Source: Podarcis vaucheri
Lineage: Eukaryota
NCBI GenBank assembly: GCA_965113315.1
Contig: OZ220366.1
Strand: one strand, 5' to 3'
DNA: 64,000 nucleotides
The notes under the pieces were generated by a model. The model saw nothing but the letters and a program-made list of their open reading frames with translations, was not told where the DNA came from and did not search any database. Positions 62,834 through 64,000 of the stretch are shown here, in pieces; the stretch's first letter is position 1, and each line of letters starts with the position of its first letter. The position numbers and the translations under genes were made by a program.

Positions 62834-64000
62834 CTTTTATGAAACCAAAGAATGAACACCATAAAACATTTTATCAGAGAAGAAAGGAATGCTCCACTAA
62901 AATGTGGGCCACTGGTAACATAATCCTACCTACACTCAGCATCCTATACTTTTATAAGGATCTTAAAGGACTATATAAAAGAAACAGCACAAAATTAGTT
63001 GCAGCAAATTGCCTGCAATAATGATGTCTCTTCACACACAAGTTAAATCCTCACAGTAATCAATAAGTGGCTTACTTCAACCAGAACTAAACTACATTTG
63101 ATTATCAAATCCCCCATTTTACAGAAGCGCAACTGGCCTCAACCAGAAGTTGGGCGTTTGATGTTGCAATCCCATGCTATAGAGAACATTCTTCCAGCAG
63201 GCACCCTTGCTACTGACTTTCAGGTGACTCTTGAAGGCCTTTTATTAATGTTGAAAGCTCACTGTAGCAGCTTAATTTTTGATTTGCCAGTGACCTTAAC
63301 CATTATCTATATTTTGCTTTCTCAAATGGTGTTTTATGTCTTTAATGTTACACACAGTCCTGATATTTTATATGGTGGTTTAGAAATACTTGCATAAAAA
63401 ATTAAAACAGCTAAATGCAAAGTATTGTTAGAAAGTCAGTTCTCCAAGAGAATGTTTGTACTGGTCCCTCTTTCCCCAGAACATATACTAAGAACAACTG
63501 ATGCAGTTTACTTTCCATCTTTGGTGGTGTCAGATTTAATGTGCCATATCTTGGTTTTATTACTGAAATGGTAAGAAATGCTGACCACATAGTTCCTCAA
63601 GAGGAAGTCCACTGGATGGGAAGGACTCCAGCCTGCCATTAGAAGTAGCAGGGCTGCAGCCTCCTATCATCAGAGCACCCCAAGACAGCATACTCTCAGA
63701 AGTGATCATTTATAAAAATTCCTATTCTGCACAAAGAGCTTCAAAAATAGCTGCTCTATAAACCATCTCCTTCTTCCAAAAGAAATATTCAAAGGTTGTC
63801 CAGTTTATTTTTATTTGTAAAACACTTTCCTTTTACCAGTACTAAGGCACTATGAGTAATCCAATATAATAAATTTGATTTCTGTTCAACCAGGGTGGGT
63901 GGGATATAGTGGGGATATAATAGAGCAGGGAAAACCCAATTTAATGCAGCTTTACAGCAGCTTACTCATATCCCTGGCAAATCAATATGGTGGTAAAATG

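Overview
Vertebrate genomic DNA, almost certainly a lacertid lizard, judged from its repeats (Sauria SINEs with ACCTTT tails, RTE-BovB, CR1, Penelope, hAT and Tc1/mariner MITEs). The + strand holds the whole proximal-promoter transcription unit of GPM6B (proteolipid M6b): exon 1 (ATG 22326), a 120-nt cassette exon missing from the ORF track (31713-31832), five core exons and two alternative terminal exons. The predicted isoforms are 261, 284, 301 and 324 aa. The last three coding exons of OFD1 lie on the - strand, tail-to-tail with GPM6B, as at human Xp22. There is a 181-N assembly gap at 58713-58893. Nearly all other ORF-track entries are spurious. I found no evidence for a wholly new biological system. 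Best leads: a candidate unannotated alternative first coding exon (9054-9105); loss of the first mammalian start codon with a 2-codon uORF retained; QKI/RBFOX motifs between the PLP-like and M6a-like terminal exons; decayed hammerhead-ribozyme cores in Penelope remnants; a SINE insertion recording a reverse-transcriptase template jump; and several long intronic fold-backs. Comparisons to human sequences and repeat consensi are from memory, not from searches.
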